From the NCBI RefSeq assembly GCF_054482595.1, contig NZ_JBTHVH010000001.1: a stretch of DNA of 64,000 nt; one strand, given 5' to 3'. Shown piece by piece: positions 41,491 to 52,600 of the stretch (positions are counted from its first letter, which is position 1; every line of letters starts with the position of its first letter). The notes beneath the pieces are model-generated. The model worked only from the letters and a program-made list of their open reading frames with translations. It had not been told where the DNA came from and did no database searches. This DNA is from a plasmid. The position numbers were made by a program, and so were the translations under genes.

Positions 41491-41799
41491 TCAATATACG
41501 ATCTGGTCTGCATGATCACCAAAATCATCGTCGTCGTCCTCATCGCCACCATCTACTGCTGGCCAATCAACAAACCAGCCAGCGTAAAGATGCAGCGTTC
41601 GGAGAACATCACTTGCGGGAGCATCAAGGGTGTTAACGAATCCCATATAGCTATTGGGATTTGCCCCAGCTATGGCTTCAGCGATCATGTCCTCGGTAAT
41701 GTCACCGGAGATAATGCTTAAACGCCCGGAAACTTCTTCATTATCATCAAATTCGATAATGGCATCTCCGCCTAATGGCGCTGCGATTTTAATCTGCAT
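41491..41799 (-). CDS. hypothetical acidic protein (102 aa), distal gene of dar operon
   Basis: ORF overlapping ddrB stop; poly-Asp C-terminus. Confidence 0.5.
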   Translation of the reverse strand: MQIKIAAPLGGDAIIEFDDNEEVSGRLSIISGDITEDMIAEAIAGANPNSYMGFVNTLDAPASDVLRTLHLYAGWFVDWPAVDGGDEDDDDDFGDHADQIVY

Positions 41800-44776
41800 T
41801 ATTTAGCTCCTTTGCCACACCTAATAACAGTTCCAGCAATCCGTCACCATTCATCAGTGATGCGGCAGCGGCCTCTTTGTCATGATACAACTGAAGAGCC
41901 ATAGAGAATACTTCCGTTGCTGACGTTTTGGAAATAGTCGGTGATTTCTGCCGAATTTTCCCGGTGTTACTTACTGAGGCTGGCGGGTATACCTTCGCCA
42001 TATAAATATTACTCAATCGAGATCTGAAGCACCATTCAGGCTTGCCACGCCCACCGATATTAACGAAAGATGGCTTATCCCCTTCAACATTGGCCTTCAG
42101 GAATGACCGGGCTTTCTCTAACAAACCAGGGTTACTGTACTCAAGATGATGACCCAGCTCGTGCCACAGTGCACTTGCATTTTCATCGTTCAAATTGACA
42201 GCAACAACACCATTAAGATTTGCATATGCCCTTCCCTGGTGGTGAACCACCTTTGATAAGGTCGATATTTTCCCGCCGGTCAGGCGATAAATATCAGCAA
42301 GTTCCTTGCGCAGGTCTATCCCACCACTCTGTCCAGCGCGGGCTTCTTCCACTTCTTCCGTGATAAAAGAGTCGGCCCACTCAAGAGCTTTTTCTTCAGA
42401 TACGGATGAGTTGGCTATCGCACTATTCATGGCAGATAACACTTTCTCGTGGACCGAACCCATACTTCGCTGATTCATTTGCCAGCGTGTCTGCGGGTTA
42501 TATGAGAATCGCTTAAGTAGTTGGTCAAGATGCTCAAGTTCTTCTTCGCTGACATACTTTTTAGCCTCACCAATAATGCCGGGGAGAATATTGCCGTTAG
42601 GATTAAACGCTCGCGAAAGGAAGAGTTTCAGCGCCCCCATGCCCTCCGATGCTTCAATATCACCAATAACACGGTTAACAATGGCCGCACTCTTCGGATT
42701 AGCATCCGCCAACGCTCTGGCTACGATTTGCAGGGACGATACGACCTCACGCTGCATATCAGTCCTGATCTCATCAATAAACTCTGGCGTTATGCCGTGC
42801 TCTTTAAGGATATCCCTGCCTTCCGCCGTTACCCCATCGATATCACCGACATGTTTATTAACCTGACTTTGCAATGCCTTAAATGCCTTCAGAATTCCAC
42901 GGGCATCATCAGCTTTACTAACGGCCTTCCTGAATGCTGGCAAGAAGTCAGAGTTAACCTCATTTTGTTGATCGGCCCACTGAATGGAGGCTTCTTTCAT
43001 CTCGTCCAGAGTCAGATCACCCAACGCGGTATGGTCTGTGAATATGAGCGACAACCTCTGAACCATTTCTGCCAATGGTGATGCCGAATGCGCCGCGCTA
43101 AGGAATGCTTTCACCCTGGTTGGGCGAATGGAAAACCAGTCAATAGCTGGTGGCATATCTCCGTTTTTTATCGCCTGCGCTATCTCGTCAAAGCCATCGC
43201 GCCCAAGGGAGGATGCGTGATTTAACAAGCCGCGAAGTAACGAATTGCTGATACCGAATAATCGGCACCATTTTTTCACGTCGGCAACAGGCATTCGAAC
43301 AAAATGCGCAAGCACTTGTACAAGCTGTTCATCCTGGGGATCTGTGCGGGAAAGCAGCCTGATCAGATGAATAATGTCTTTGATGCCGGATGCCCGATGT
43401 AATAGCAAACTGGTATACGGAGCAACACCGTTGTAACTACCGCCGGAAACGGACTCGAAAAGACCGCCGGATATCCCTTGCATGCCTTCGTTTTCCAGTT
43501 CCTGAGACACCTGGCGAAGGATATCCTGTAACGACACATCACCACCGCCAAACATATCCCCCAGCGCCTGGCCCTGGTGCTGTAACTCATCATTGATACG
43601 TTGAGCCATCAATTTAAAGGCGGTGGCCATACGCTTCGCGCTACGGTTATTCGCGACGATGAACAACGCGAGCGCTTTCACTTCCGGGGCTGTTTCGCTG
43701 AACATATCCCCCTGAGCAATAACATCGATAATATGTTGGCCTGACTCCTTCGATTGCCTTACCAGGTCTACCGCATCTTTCAATGCCGCCAGCGCCTTTT
43801 TATCGAGACTATCCGCTGTCTCAATACCATCAACAATAGTTGTCACAGCCTGCTTGTGCGCTTCTCCTGATAAAGCCTGCATCTGGACAAAATCATTGGC
43901 TGCCGCATTAAGCGCCGTCAGAACATTACGCATATCCGGATCAGGTTCTTCTGCAACCATCCTTACCAGGCGCGCATCCTTATATGCCTTGGCAAAGATC
44001 GCGTTTTGTATACGGTCTACAAGTTGCCGTGTTGGTCGCCCATCTTCCGTTACAAGGCCAGCAGCCTGTGTGGCACCAACTTGCGTCATGAATCCGCGAA
44101 TAAACGCGTCATTACTGCGGCTAAGCAGATCTCCGCTTTCTGATGGGTTAAACAGCGTCATCATCGCCGGAGTTATGCTGTCAGCATCAACAAAAGCCTT
44201 TTCACTGGCTGCCATTTCCTGAAGATCAGAAATATTTGAGTCCTTGGCAAACTGAACGCGGTCAACCTTAGTTAACCGGCGGCGCACCAGTACCGGAGCC
44301 GCCATTGATTCAACCTTTTCAGGTCGTATGCCGAATTCGGTCGCATGATCAATCAGGTACTCACGATACCGATCCGCATTGCCGTCCTGATAGGCTTTGA
44401 TGATCCCCATGGTCCGTCCATTACCTGACTCAACGGCATTGTCCTCACCAATTATCGGCGCGCCATGGCTGGATAAACCGGAATCGGTAAGCTGGGCAGG
44501 ACGCAAATCCTTGGATATCTGGTTGACCTGAAGAAGACTGGATGCGCGGGTCCGGTCGCGCGGCTGAAGTTCCTGGGGATAGTCAGGGTTAATTTTCCCG
44601 TCCAGAGTATTGGATACCAAAAGAGCTGAGGCATCGACGATATCAAACGCTGTTTTTACCTCGTCTCCCTTCGCTGTCACCACATACGAAACCCGCCCGT
44701 AATTGGGCAGGTTTTTTAGCAGCTCGATCAGCGTTTCTATGCTGGTGGCCATTACCACCTGATCGCTTAAGCTCAT
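41789..44776 (-). CDS. ddrB: DdrB-like capsid antirestriction component (995 aa)
   Basis: Large ORF downstream of darA-ddrA; contains HExxH-like WHELGHHLE motif; synteny-based. Confidence 0.5.
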   Translation of the reverse strand: MSLSDQVVMATSIETLIELLKNLPNYGRVSYVVTAKGDEVKTAFDIVDASALLVSNTLDGKINPDYPQELQPRDRTRASSLLQVNQISKDLRPAQLTDSGLSSHGAPIIGEDNAVESGNGRTMGIIKAYQDGNADRYREYLIDHATEFGIRPEKVESMAAPVLVRRRLTKVDRVQFAKDSNISDLQEMAASEKAFVDADSITPAMMTLFNPSESGDLLSRSNDAFIRGFMTQVGATQAAGLVTEDGRPTRQLVDRIQNAIFAKAYKDARLVRMVAEEPDPDMRNVLTALNAAANDFVQMQALSGEAHKQAVTTIVDGIETADSLDKKALAALKDAVDLVRQSKESGQHIIDVIAQGDMFSETAPEVKALALFIVANNRSAKRMATAFKLMAQRINDELQHQGQALGDMFGGGDVSLQDILRQVSQELENEGMQGISGGLFESVSGGSYNGVAPYTSLLLHRASGIKDIIHLIRLLSRTDPQDEQLVQVLAHFVRMPVADVKKWCRLFGISNSLLRGLLNHASSLGRDGFDEIAQAIKNGDMPPAIDWFSIRPTRVKAFLSAAHSASPLAEMVQRLSLIFTDHTALGDLTLDEMKEASIQWADQQNEVNSDFLPAFRKAVSKADDARGILKAFKALQSQVNKHVGDIDGVTAEGRDILKEHGITPEFIDEIRTDMQREVVSSLQIVARALADANPKSAAIVNRVIGDIEASEGMGALKLFLSRAFNPNGNILPGIIGEAKKYVSEEELEHLDQLLKRFSYNPQTRWQMNQRSMGSVHEKVLSAMNSAIANSSVSEEKALEWADSFITEEVEEARAGQSGGIDLRKELADIYRLTGGKISTLSKVVHHQGRAYANLNGVVAVNLNDENASALWHELGHHLEYSNPGLLEKARSFLKANVEGDKPSFVNIGGRGKPEWCFRSRLSNIYMAKVYPPASVSNTGKIRQKSPTISKTSATEVFSMALQLYHDKEAAAASLMNGDGLLELLLGVAKELNNAD

Positions 44777-44788
44777 CCCTGTTACGCC

Positions 44789-45154
44789 TTACTCTGCCTC
44801 TTTAATGTTGGCGGCTATCCATGCCGCCGTGTGCTGTTTAACCTGGTCCAGATCGATGTATGTGCCAACATATTGACTCAAGTCCTGCAACGTACCGATA
44901 AATGCATCGGTGCTCTGATCGACGAATTTATCAGCCAGGAAATCAGCAACCAGTTTTGGCACACCATCATGTACCGAAGGTTGTTTTTCCTCGCCACTAC
45001 TGCCGCCGGACACACCGTACCCCATCTGTTGCATGATCTGGTCAATTTCATCGCTGATATCCAGCAACTCCATGCCACTCGCGGTAGCCGCTTTGGACAT
45101 CAGAGCATCCAACTTATCGCTGAGATCCATTAACTCAATAGCTGATAGTGTCAT
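44789..45154 (-). CDS. ddrA: DdrA-like protein
   Basis: 121-aa ORF between darA and ddrB. Confidence 0.45.
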   Translation of the reverse strand: MTLSAIELMDLSDKLDALMSKAATASGMELLDISDEIDQIMQQMGYGVSGGSSGEEKQPSVHDGVPKLVADFLADKFVDQSTDAFIGTLQDLSQYVGTYIDLDQVKQHTAAWIAANIKEAE

Positions 45155-47070
45155 GCCGCTACCCCCGCTTTCTGGATTGCTACCAACAGATCAGCCAGGT
45201 GGCGAGCTGCGCCGTTAACCAGCTCTTCGTTTTCCTCAAAACGTCCGGCAGCCTGAAGGGCTGCAATCGCTTCCCGGACATTGCCCCGGGCGTTACGGAT
45301 CTCCGCCATGTCAGTGCTTTGTATATCCATCACGTTATTGAGATATTCAATGGCTTTATTAGCCTCTGCATCTGCTTCGCTAACCGTTTCATCAGGCTGT
45401 GCCGGGGCCGGTTCTGGCTGAGTAATCTCACCGACTTCGGCCTGCAATGCATTGATCATGCTCTGCACCATTTTCTCGGTGCCAGCGCCCCCAGGAAACG
45501 CAATATTGGGGAAAGTTTTTTGAAACTGAGTTTTCAGCATTACGCGGAACTCGTCTGGTGAGCTGGTGGCCAGCTCCAGAGCTTTTTGTGCATATTTGCC
45601 AAACGGACCATTAGTAAGTGTCTTCGCCAGGAAGTCGAAAGAATCCTCGCGAGGCAATAACTTCAGGTCGTACTCACTCATTTGCTGATCAGAAAGCGGG
45701 GTATCGTAAGTAGCAATGCCGTAGCGTGCATATTCATAATACGGGTCACCTTCATCAGGGCGCGGCAGAATTGCTTTGTTACCTTCAGGTATTGCGCCAG
45801 GGGCCGCCGGACGCATTTGCAAGGCATATCGATATGCACCTACAGAGACTTCTGGTTCAGGCGAAGAGCTACCGGTATCCTCCGCTGGTTCAGGTTCGAC
45901 GTTTTCCGGTTTATGTTCTTCTGGTTGGACCAGATATTCCGATACATTACCCGCTTTGTAGGCTTTAAACAGCTTGCCGATCGCATCTGCCATGTCCACA
46001 CCCTGTATGGATTTAGCCTTGATCATGTACACGCTGCCATCCGAATCGGTTAACTGGATATACCCTTCGCCGTCCTCAATGAATTGCTTCATTGATGCTC
46101 CATTACTGAGCGTCACTTCCCCGTTCATATGCATACGATTTTTGATACTGGCAAGGCGATCCGTCAGCGCGCGCGAGTGCCCACCAGTCATCCCCGCTGG
46201 ATCAATGGTATCGCGCCCACCTGTGCGATTGAGCTGATCAATCTCCGTCTGCAAACGCTCATTCTCTTCATAAAGAGAATCCGCTTCCGATGCAACAGCG
46301 TTAATTTTCTGCTCCAGATCTACCTTCTGCCCTTCTACCGCTGCCACCTGATCCGCGAGGTCGCTCATGGCATCCTCTTTCTGGTCACTGTCAGCCTGTA
46401 GTTGGGTTATTTCATCAACCAGGGCTTTTTTCTTCTTCTGCGCACGCTGGAATTTTGCCGAGTTTTTCTCTGCAAGGTTGGCAAGTTTCATGGTGACCTG
46501 CGCCAGCGTCATATCACGTCCACTCATCGGAGCAACGGTGTGAGTAACGTCTTTTTTATTCAGTAAGAACTGGAAAGCAACCAGCGTATCGCTATTGGTG
46601 ATCCGGTTTTCCGCTGTCGGGCTATGAAACAGAATGCTGATAGTCTGACCATCACTGAGCGGAATAATGGCTGGCAGGACCGGCAGCCCGTTAACGTTAC
46701 GTGCCCGGCCAATTTCAGCACCGCCGATCGCGCGCGCGCCGCTCTGGGCCACCTCCCCCGTTTTATCACTCCCCGCAGAGATTCCGGTACCATTCAGCTT
46801 CTGGTTCAATGCCCGGACAAATGCCTGCATGGTCCGGTGTAACTGCAAACGAGTAGAACTAATCGCCTCCAGTAAATCCGTAGCACACCAGTGGATCGGC
46901 GTGTCATAGAAGAACGTAGCCTCGATTTCCTCCAGGGTGTTGGATTCCGTCATCAGATAGCGGTCCTCACCGGCCATTAATGCGCGATATTCATCATCAG
47001 TCACTGGCGGGGGAAGCACGTCAAGCCCAGGCTTGATCGTCACCCCTTTATTGATATTTAACTGTTCCAT
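45151..47070 (-). CDS. darA: DarA-like antirestriction/head protein
   Basis: 639-aa ORF; assignment by size and operon context. Confidence 0.55.
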   Translation of the reverse strand: MEQLNINKGVTIKPGLDVLPPPVTDDEYRALMAGEDRYLMTESNTLEEIEATFFYDTPIHWCATDLLEAISSTRLQLHRTMQAFVRALNQKLNGTGISAGSDKTGEVAQSGARAIGGAEIGRARNVNGLPVLPAIIPLSDGQTISILFHSPTAENRITNSDTLVAFQFLLNKKDVTHTVAPMSGRDMTLAQVTMKLANLAEKNSAKFQRAQKKKKALVDEITQLQADSDQKEDAMSDLADQVAAVEGQKVDLEQKINAVASEADSLYEENERLQTEIDQLNRTGGRDTIDPAGMTGGHSRALTDRLASIKNRMHMNGEVTLSNGASMKQFIEDGEGYIQLTDSDGSVYMIKAKSIQGVDMADAIGKLFKAYKAGNVSEYLVQPEEHKPENVEPEPAEDTGSSSPEPEVSVGAYRYALQMRPAAPGAIPEGNKAILPRPDEGDPYYEYARYGIATYDTPLSDQQMSEYDLKLLPREDSFDFLAKTLTNGPFGKYAQKALELATSSPDEFRVMLKTQFQKTFPNIAFPGGAGTEKMVQSMINALQAEVGEITQPEPAPAQPDETVSEADAEANKAIEYLNNVMDIQSTDMAEIRNARGNVREAIAALQAAGRFEENEELVNGAARHLADLLVAIQKAGVAA

Positions 47071-47071
47071 G

Positions 47072-47683
47072 TTAATTTCCTGCTTTCAGTTGCTTAAGAC
47101 GACGTTTGAGTTCGCCATTCCGTGCCTTTTCGTTATTGAGTCGGCCCGTCTCCTTATCCAGCTTCGCCCGCAAATCAGTGATCTGCTGTTGATTGAAAGA
47201 CACCGAATTCTGCGCGGACTTATAAGCGGCAACCACCTGAGCATTCCGCTGTTTTGCTTCTTGCAGGCGCTGAAAGTTGGATTTAACTGCCGGTTTCTTG
47301 TCTACCGGATTGGCAACACGCTTCGCTTTGGCGATCAGTGATTTCTGGAATTTTGCGGAGTTTTTGCGGGCCGCCTGTCCCATGACGGTACCAAGCGTCT
47401 TGATATCCGGCGACTGAGCGTTAGGAATAGCTTTTCCATTCAGTTTCACAGACGATATATCGCCAGTATCGTTTACCTGTATGGCAAGAATTTGTCCGTC
47501 GTTAAGAACCAGCTTTGCGGTTTTAACTTTAACGCCATCTTTCGTTGTTGCGCGGTTGCTGGAGTCAACCTCAATTACCGTAACACCGGTTTTATTGATC
47601 GCCGCGATAAGGGATTTCAGCCCCTTTTCATTAACCTGGTCAAAATCGACCGTTGCATACTTATTTTTCGTCATCTGACACAT
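47072..47683 (-). CDS. hdf: Hdf-like protein (first gene of darA operon)
   Basis: 203-aa ORF immediately upstream of darA. Confidence 0.45.
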   Translation of the reverse strand: MCQMTKNKYATVDFDQVNEKGLKSLIAAINKTGVTVIEVDSSNRATTKDGVKVKTAKLVLNDGQILAIQVNDTGDISSVKLNGKAIPNAQSPDIKTLGTVMGQAARKNSAKFQKSLIAKAKRVANPVDKKPAVKSNFQRLQEAKQRNAQVVAAYKSAQNSVSFNQQQITDLRAKLDKETGRLNNEKARNGELKRRLKQLKAGN

Positions 47684-48104
47684 CCTGTGCGAGATTTATT
47701 ACGTAACTTCTGCGGATTTGCTGAGTAACAGGGAAAATCCGATACAACGGGTTAATGAACGAGTCGCCATGCGTAACCATGATGTTGAAATGCCACAGTC
47801 GCTCTCCTTTACCCATATATTCAGTGGGTATGTACAACCATTCACTGTTTTCGCCCTGTTCAGCCGACGTCAGACAACGTTGTTCACCTTCAATCACTGT
47901 CGTCGGCTTCTGAACATCGCGGATCCAATATCTGACCGTTGCGCCGCGCAAAAACGGGAATTTAGACCGGTACTTGAACGGCACCCGGATGAAACCCGGT
48001 TTAATTTCCACATCACCAAGTTCTAAATGCGTGATGTCCTTGCGTTTTAGCAAATAGCGATCGGCTAAGGCTAACGCAAGAACGCATACACCCCAGCCAA
48101 TCAT
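47661..48104 (-). CDS. lydB: antiholin-like protein
   Basis: 147-aa ORF downstream of holin; synteny-based. Confidence 0.4.
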   Translation of the reverse strand: MIGWGVCVLALALADRYLLKRKDITHLELGDVEIKPGFIRVPFKYRSKFPFLRGATVRYWIRDVQKPTTVIEGEQRCLTSAEQGENSEWLYIPTEYMGKGERLWHFNIMVTHGDSFINPLYRIFPVTQQIRRSYVINLAQDVSDDEK

Positions 48105-48430
48105 TTCCCGCCTCCCTTTTTCACCAAACTTGTAAGAACATTCAGAATGCTATCGATATTCACTCGTTTCATCCCTGAAATCACCTCATGACCGTTATTG
48201 CTGGCTATCGTTACCATTAAGTACGTAATTGATAACTCCCAGCCCTCGTGTTGCCCCAATAGGTACGCCACCGCGCCAGCTGTCACTGCAACAAAGATCT
48301 CCGTAACCAATCCCAACAAATTGCCAGACTGGCGACCGTCTCGGACATCCATCAGGAACGTGCCTATCCCACCAATTACTGAAAGCAGGAGCGCAATAGC
48401 AACTGGAGCTAATTCCTGTGTGTCAAGCAC
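48101..48430 (-). CDS. lydA: holin
   Basis: 109 aa with hydrophobic helices (VAIALLLSVIGGIGTFLM, IFVAVTAGAVAYLLG). Confidence 0.55.
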   Translation of the reverse strand: MLDTQELAPVAIALLLSVIGGIGTFLMDVRDGRQSGNLLGLVTEIFVAVTAGAVAYLLGQHEGWELSITYLMVTIASNNGHEVISGMKRVNIDSILNVLTSLVKKGGGK

Positions 48431-48497
48431 AAGTTCCCTCCTACGTTGTCAGGAGGTAATGGTATGCAAAGTAACTTCTCAACCGGTCATTTGTTGC

Positions 48498-48779
48498 TTA
48501 AGAGGCATTTCTATTGAGGTACGAATCGATAATCCTTTGTAACTTTTCAAGAATGAGCCTGTTATTGATGCTGCAAATAATAGTCACGCAATTCTGAAGA
48601 CTTTCATCCATACCCTTATATTCCGCGAAATACATGCCTATAAAGCCTGCAAGTACGGCAGCAATACACTCGGCCATCAATTGCCTGTATGACGCTTCGT
48701 AACGTTTTTCACGAACCCCATTCAGAAACGAATGCACCCCGCCAAGGATGGAGAGGAGCATTATTGTGAAATCACACAT
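48498..48779 (-). CDS. holin-like small membrane protein
   Basis: 93 aa with two hydrophobic segments. Confidence 0.45.
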   Translation of the reverse strand: MCDFTIMLLSILGGVHSFLNGVREKRYEASYRQLMAECIAAVLAGFIGMYFAEYKGMDESLQNCVTIICSINNRLILEKLQRIIDSYLNRNAS

Positions 48780-48906
48780 AACTATTTCCTTAATAGTGAA
48801 TTAAATATCATTGGGAAACGGTATGTACTTTGTGATTTCCACACATACTGGTTTTTGTTAATTAAAATCCGCAGCTTGCTATAAATAACGATAGTGAGCA
48901 GAAAAT

Positions 48907-49041
48907 ATGCTAATAGGCTATGTACGCGTATCAACAAATGAACAAAACACTGCTTTACAACGAAACGCTCTTGAAAGCGCAGGATGTGAGCTAATTTTTG
49001 AGGACAAGGCGAGTGGAAAAAAGGCTGAACGACCAGAGTGA
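48907..49041 (+). pseudogene. cin: truncated cin-like serine invertase (first ~44 codons only)
   Basis: [44 protein letters not shown]-stop matches Hin/Gin/Cin N-terminus with catalytic Ser; no resolvase core or HTH follows. Confidence 0.7.
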
Positions 49042-49214
49042 AAAAGGCTTTTGATAGGTAAACTCTGGTCGTATGAAAGTTAAATTTGCGTGGGTGCAGC
49101 ATGCGCTCACTCTTGAGGCATGAACGGTAATCATCTGATAACTTGTAGCTCGATTATCCGGACGCACTGGAACCAGTCGATGCTTCCAGCGATCCAGATA
49201 TTTCATTAAATGGA

Positions 49215-49625
49215 CTACGCCTCCGGGAACGCTGGCCAATTGACATCTGGTGCAGTGCTGGTATCCGTTGCGGTCACCGCATCGATATAATCCAGCACAG
49301 CGTTAAGACGGGTGGTTTCAGCCTGCGTAAGATTCCGCCCGGCCTGTAATTTCAGTTGAATAAGACTAATGGAAGCCATTGCGGTATCAATCAGCGACTG
49401 TTTTTTCTGTTCAGCGTCAGCTACCAGTTCATCATGAGAACGTTCCGGAGTGGGTGGCGCAGTAAATCCCCCGTCTGAATACACCCAGCCGATTCCGGGC
49501 TGCTCACTGATATCAGAAATATTAATGAGCTGCTGATTATCCGGCACTGTGAATTCAGCCTCGCCATCCCAGACAATGACATTCACAACCATCCCATTTT
49601 CAATAACTGCATATGATGTATTCAT
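49215..49625 (-). CDS. tail fibre assembly chaperone (U/Tfa-like)
   Basis: 136-aa ORF with TAATG overlap to tail fibre stop. Confidence 0.65.
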   Translation of the reverse strand: MNTSYAVIENGMVVNVIVWDGEAEFTVPDNQQLINISDISEQPGIGWVYSDGGFTAPPTPERSHDELVADAEQKKQSLIDTAMASISLIQLKLQAGRNLTQAETTRLNAVLDYIDAVTATDTSTAPDVNWPAFPEA

Positions 49626-52600
49626 TATGCAAACTCCTCGATAATACAAATCCCTGCAGCGCCTTTCCCGCCCGTCATACTGGTTCCGCTATAACCGGCA
49701 TCGTATGCACCACCGCCGCCCGAACCATATGCCCGACCGATAACGCCACCGCCAGCGCCTGCGCGACCACCGCCCCCCCAGAACGATGATCCTCCTTCAC
49801 CACTGACGCTGATATTTCCGGACTGACCGTCACCTCCATGCCCACCAATAATGCGGACATCACCAGTATTCGGCGCGCCTCCATTACCACCGTTCGTGTT
49901 TGTGACTCCTACTTTCCCGCCGCCTTCACCGCCAGGGGCTATTACCGTTCCGAACGAGCTATCACCGCCCTTGAGGCCGTTCGTCGCACCAACACCGCCG
50001 CCCCCACCTGCGCCGATAGTGACTGGATAACTATTCTGTGTCGGGGTCATTATTGAAATTATTGTCCCACCGGCCCCACCGCCAGCACCGAAAAACGTCT
50101 CGTTATTGGATGTAGCCTGGCAGCCACCACCTCCGCCACCGCCGCCCGTAATTGTGACCCTGATTCGTTTTGTTCCTGGCGTCGGGGTATACGTACCTGA
50201 TGAAGTGAAAACCCGGGTATTCACCAAACGCCCAACATATCCGCTTGAATCGCTCAGGCCAAGGTTAGCAGCAGTTAAAGTAATATTTGCAGAACCATCA
50301 AACTTAACACCGTTGATAGTGCGTGCAGTCTGTAGTTTCGTTGCGGTTGCGGCATTACCGGTAGTGCTCTGATTACCTGCTTTATTCACGCCCGGCAGGT
50401 CGATATTGGCACTACCATCGAATGACACTCCGCCTATTGTGCGTGCTGTTTGCAGTTTTGTTGCAGTTGCAGCATTGCCGGTAGTGCTCTGATTACCTGT
50501 TTTATTCACGCCCGGCAGGTCGATATTGGCACTACCATCAAATGACACCCCGCCGATTGTGCGTACTGTTTGCAGTTTCGTAGCGGTTGCAGCATTGCCG
50601 TTCAAACTACCATTGATGCCGCCAGTAACATTGAGTCCATTACCGATCGTAACAGTACCATTGGCATTGTTAATGATAAGCGGCCTTAAATTATTATAGG
50701 TTCCCAGGCTGTTACCCGAATTGGTCAACATGAAATATGTGTTTGAACCATCGTTTCGGATAAAGAATCCGTAGTTTCCGTAGGCAATGCGCAGACCATT
50801 CGCCGATTTTGAAATGATCTCACCAGTAGCCGTTAAACCGCCGTTGAGATTTCCTCCGGTTATTGGTAATGCGCCGACATCCGTGGCGGTCGGTTTAATG
50901 TGCGAACTGTAAATTACATATACAGTTCCATCTGTCAGGCCTGTTGGTTTATTCGCTGTATAAGATGGTGATGTATGAATCGTTACGCTGGCGTTACTGG
51001 TATAATCCCACTGAATATTAACACGTGTGGTGTAATTACCTATTTCAACATAAACATCATAGGTATCACCGGATGTATTCACCCATGCAAAATTAGTAAA
51101 TCCAACCGATGTCCGTCGCCATAACGCACCAGTAAGACCTTTTGGATTCCCATTTCCCGCACGAAGAACAAGTTCAGATATACCAGCCTGCATAGGGGAG
51201 TTAACATTATATCCAGAACCACCAATCAGGCTTATGTAAACCACGGAACTGGACTGTGGCATGGTTACAGTTGCCAGCTTGAACCATCCAGTACCACCAC
51301 TAAAAGACATTGTTGTTGAGTTGATCGTGCCTATAGACCTTGGAGTTAGCTCAATGTTTTTAGAACCGTCAAACAACACCCCATTTATAGTTCTAGCGGT
51401 TTGTAACTTGGTCGCTGTCGCTGCATTACCGGATGTATTCTGATTACCCGCAACGTTAACACCAGGTAAATTAATATTCGCAGTACCATCAAAGCTAACT
51501 CCGCCGATAGTTCTTGCCGTCTGTAGTTTTGTAGCAGTTGCCGCATTGCCAGTTGTATTCTGATTGCCAGTGGCATTCACACCAGGAATGGAGTCCCTTG
51601 ATGTATATACCTGCGCCCACGCTGACCATGCCGCATCAGTGTGATCTCTTCGGGAGCGAATGAAAACCGGCGCATGTGCACCGCTCGTACCACTCCAGCC
51701 AATAAGCAACTCGCCCTCACCAGCAGCACTCGCACCTTTCATGTGCAATACGTTGCCATACGCGGTCGGGTAGCTATTGTTGTACGCCTCATACATCTGC
51801 AATCCAGTAGAAGCACCTTGTGTTGTATCGGTGAGCGCAGTAACACGCCCTCTGGACGCAATTGTTGGTATCGAAATGTTCGCAGAACCATCAAACTTAA
51901 CACCGTTGATTGTGCGTGCTGTTTGCAGTTTTGTTGCAGTTGCGGCATTACCGGTAGTGCTCTGATTACCTGCTTTATTCACGCCCGGCAGGTCGATATT
52001 GGCACTACCATCAAATGACACCCCGCCGATTGTGCGTACTGTTTGCAGTTTCGTAGCGGTTGCAGCATTGCCGGTAGTGCTCTGATTACCTGCTTTATTC
52101 ACGCCCGGCAGGTCGATATTGGCACTACCATCGAACGACACTCCGCCGATTGTGCGTGCTGTTTGCAGTTTTGTGGCGGTGGATGCATTACCTGTCAAAG
52201 ATCCACTAAGAGCCACGGCACTAAGAGACTTAACACTTACATCCTGACCCCATCCGGAAACAACAACCTGACTCCACGCTGTCCAGTTTCCATTAACAAC
52301 AAAGCGAACGTATATACGTTTTGTGTCGCTGTTAATCAGCGTTTGCATGTTCGCATAATCTGATCCCGTAGTCTTACGAATCGACTCTACACGAACCAAA
52401 AAGTTACCGCTTACGCCGTCAGGCTTATTGGTAATATTTGCACCACCTGCGACAGTTTTGCATTGATAGTATTTAACGGATCCAGCTTCTGTATTAGCAA
52501 TAATCAAGTCGTTTAAATCAATAGCCCGGCCGTCAATGGCTTCCGGCTCGATGGCTCCTGCTATCCCGGCACTGAATGTAGCAGCGGCTGAAAACGCTGT

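Noticed and set aside
48870-48900. Operator-like cttgctataaataacga upstream of the cin remnant
   Set aside because: Poor match after alignment to the 17-mer consensus.
50240-52200. Possible CRISPR-like array suggested by regularly spaced repeats
   Set aside because: Repeats are ~114 bp, lie in-frame within a structural gene and encode a repeated peptide; no short spacer/repeat organisation or cas genes.
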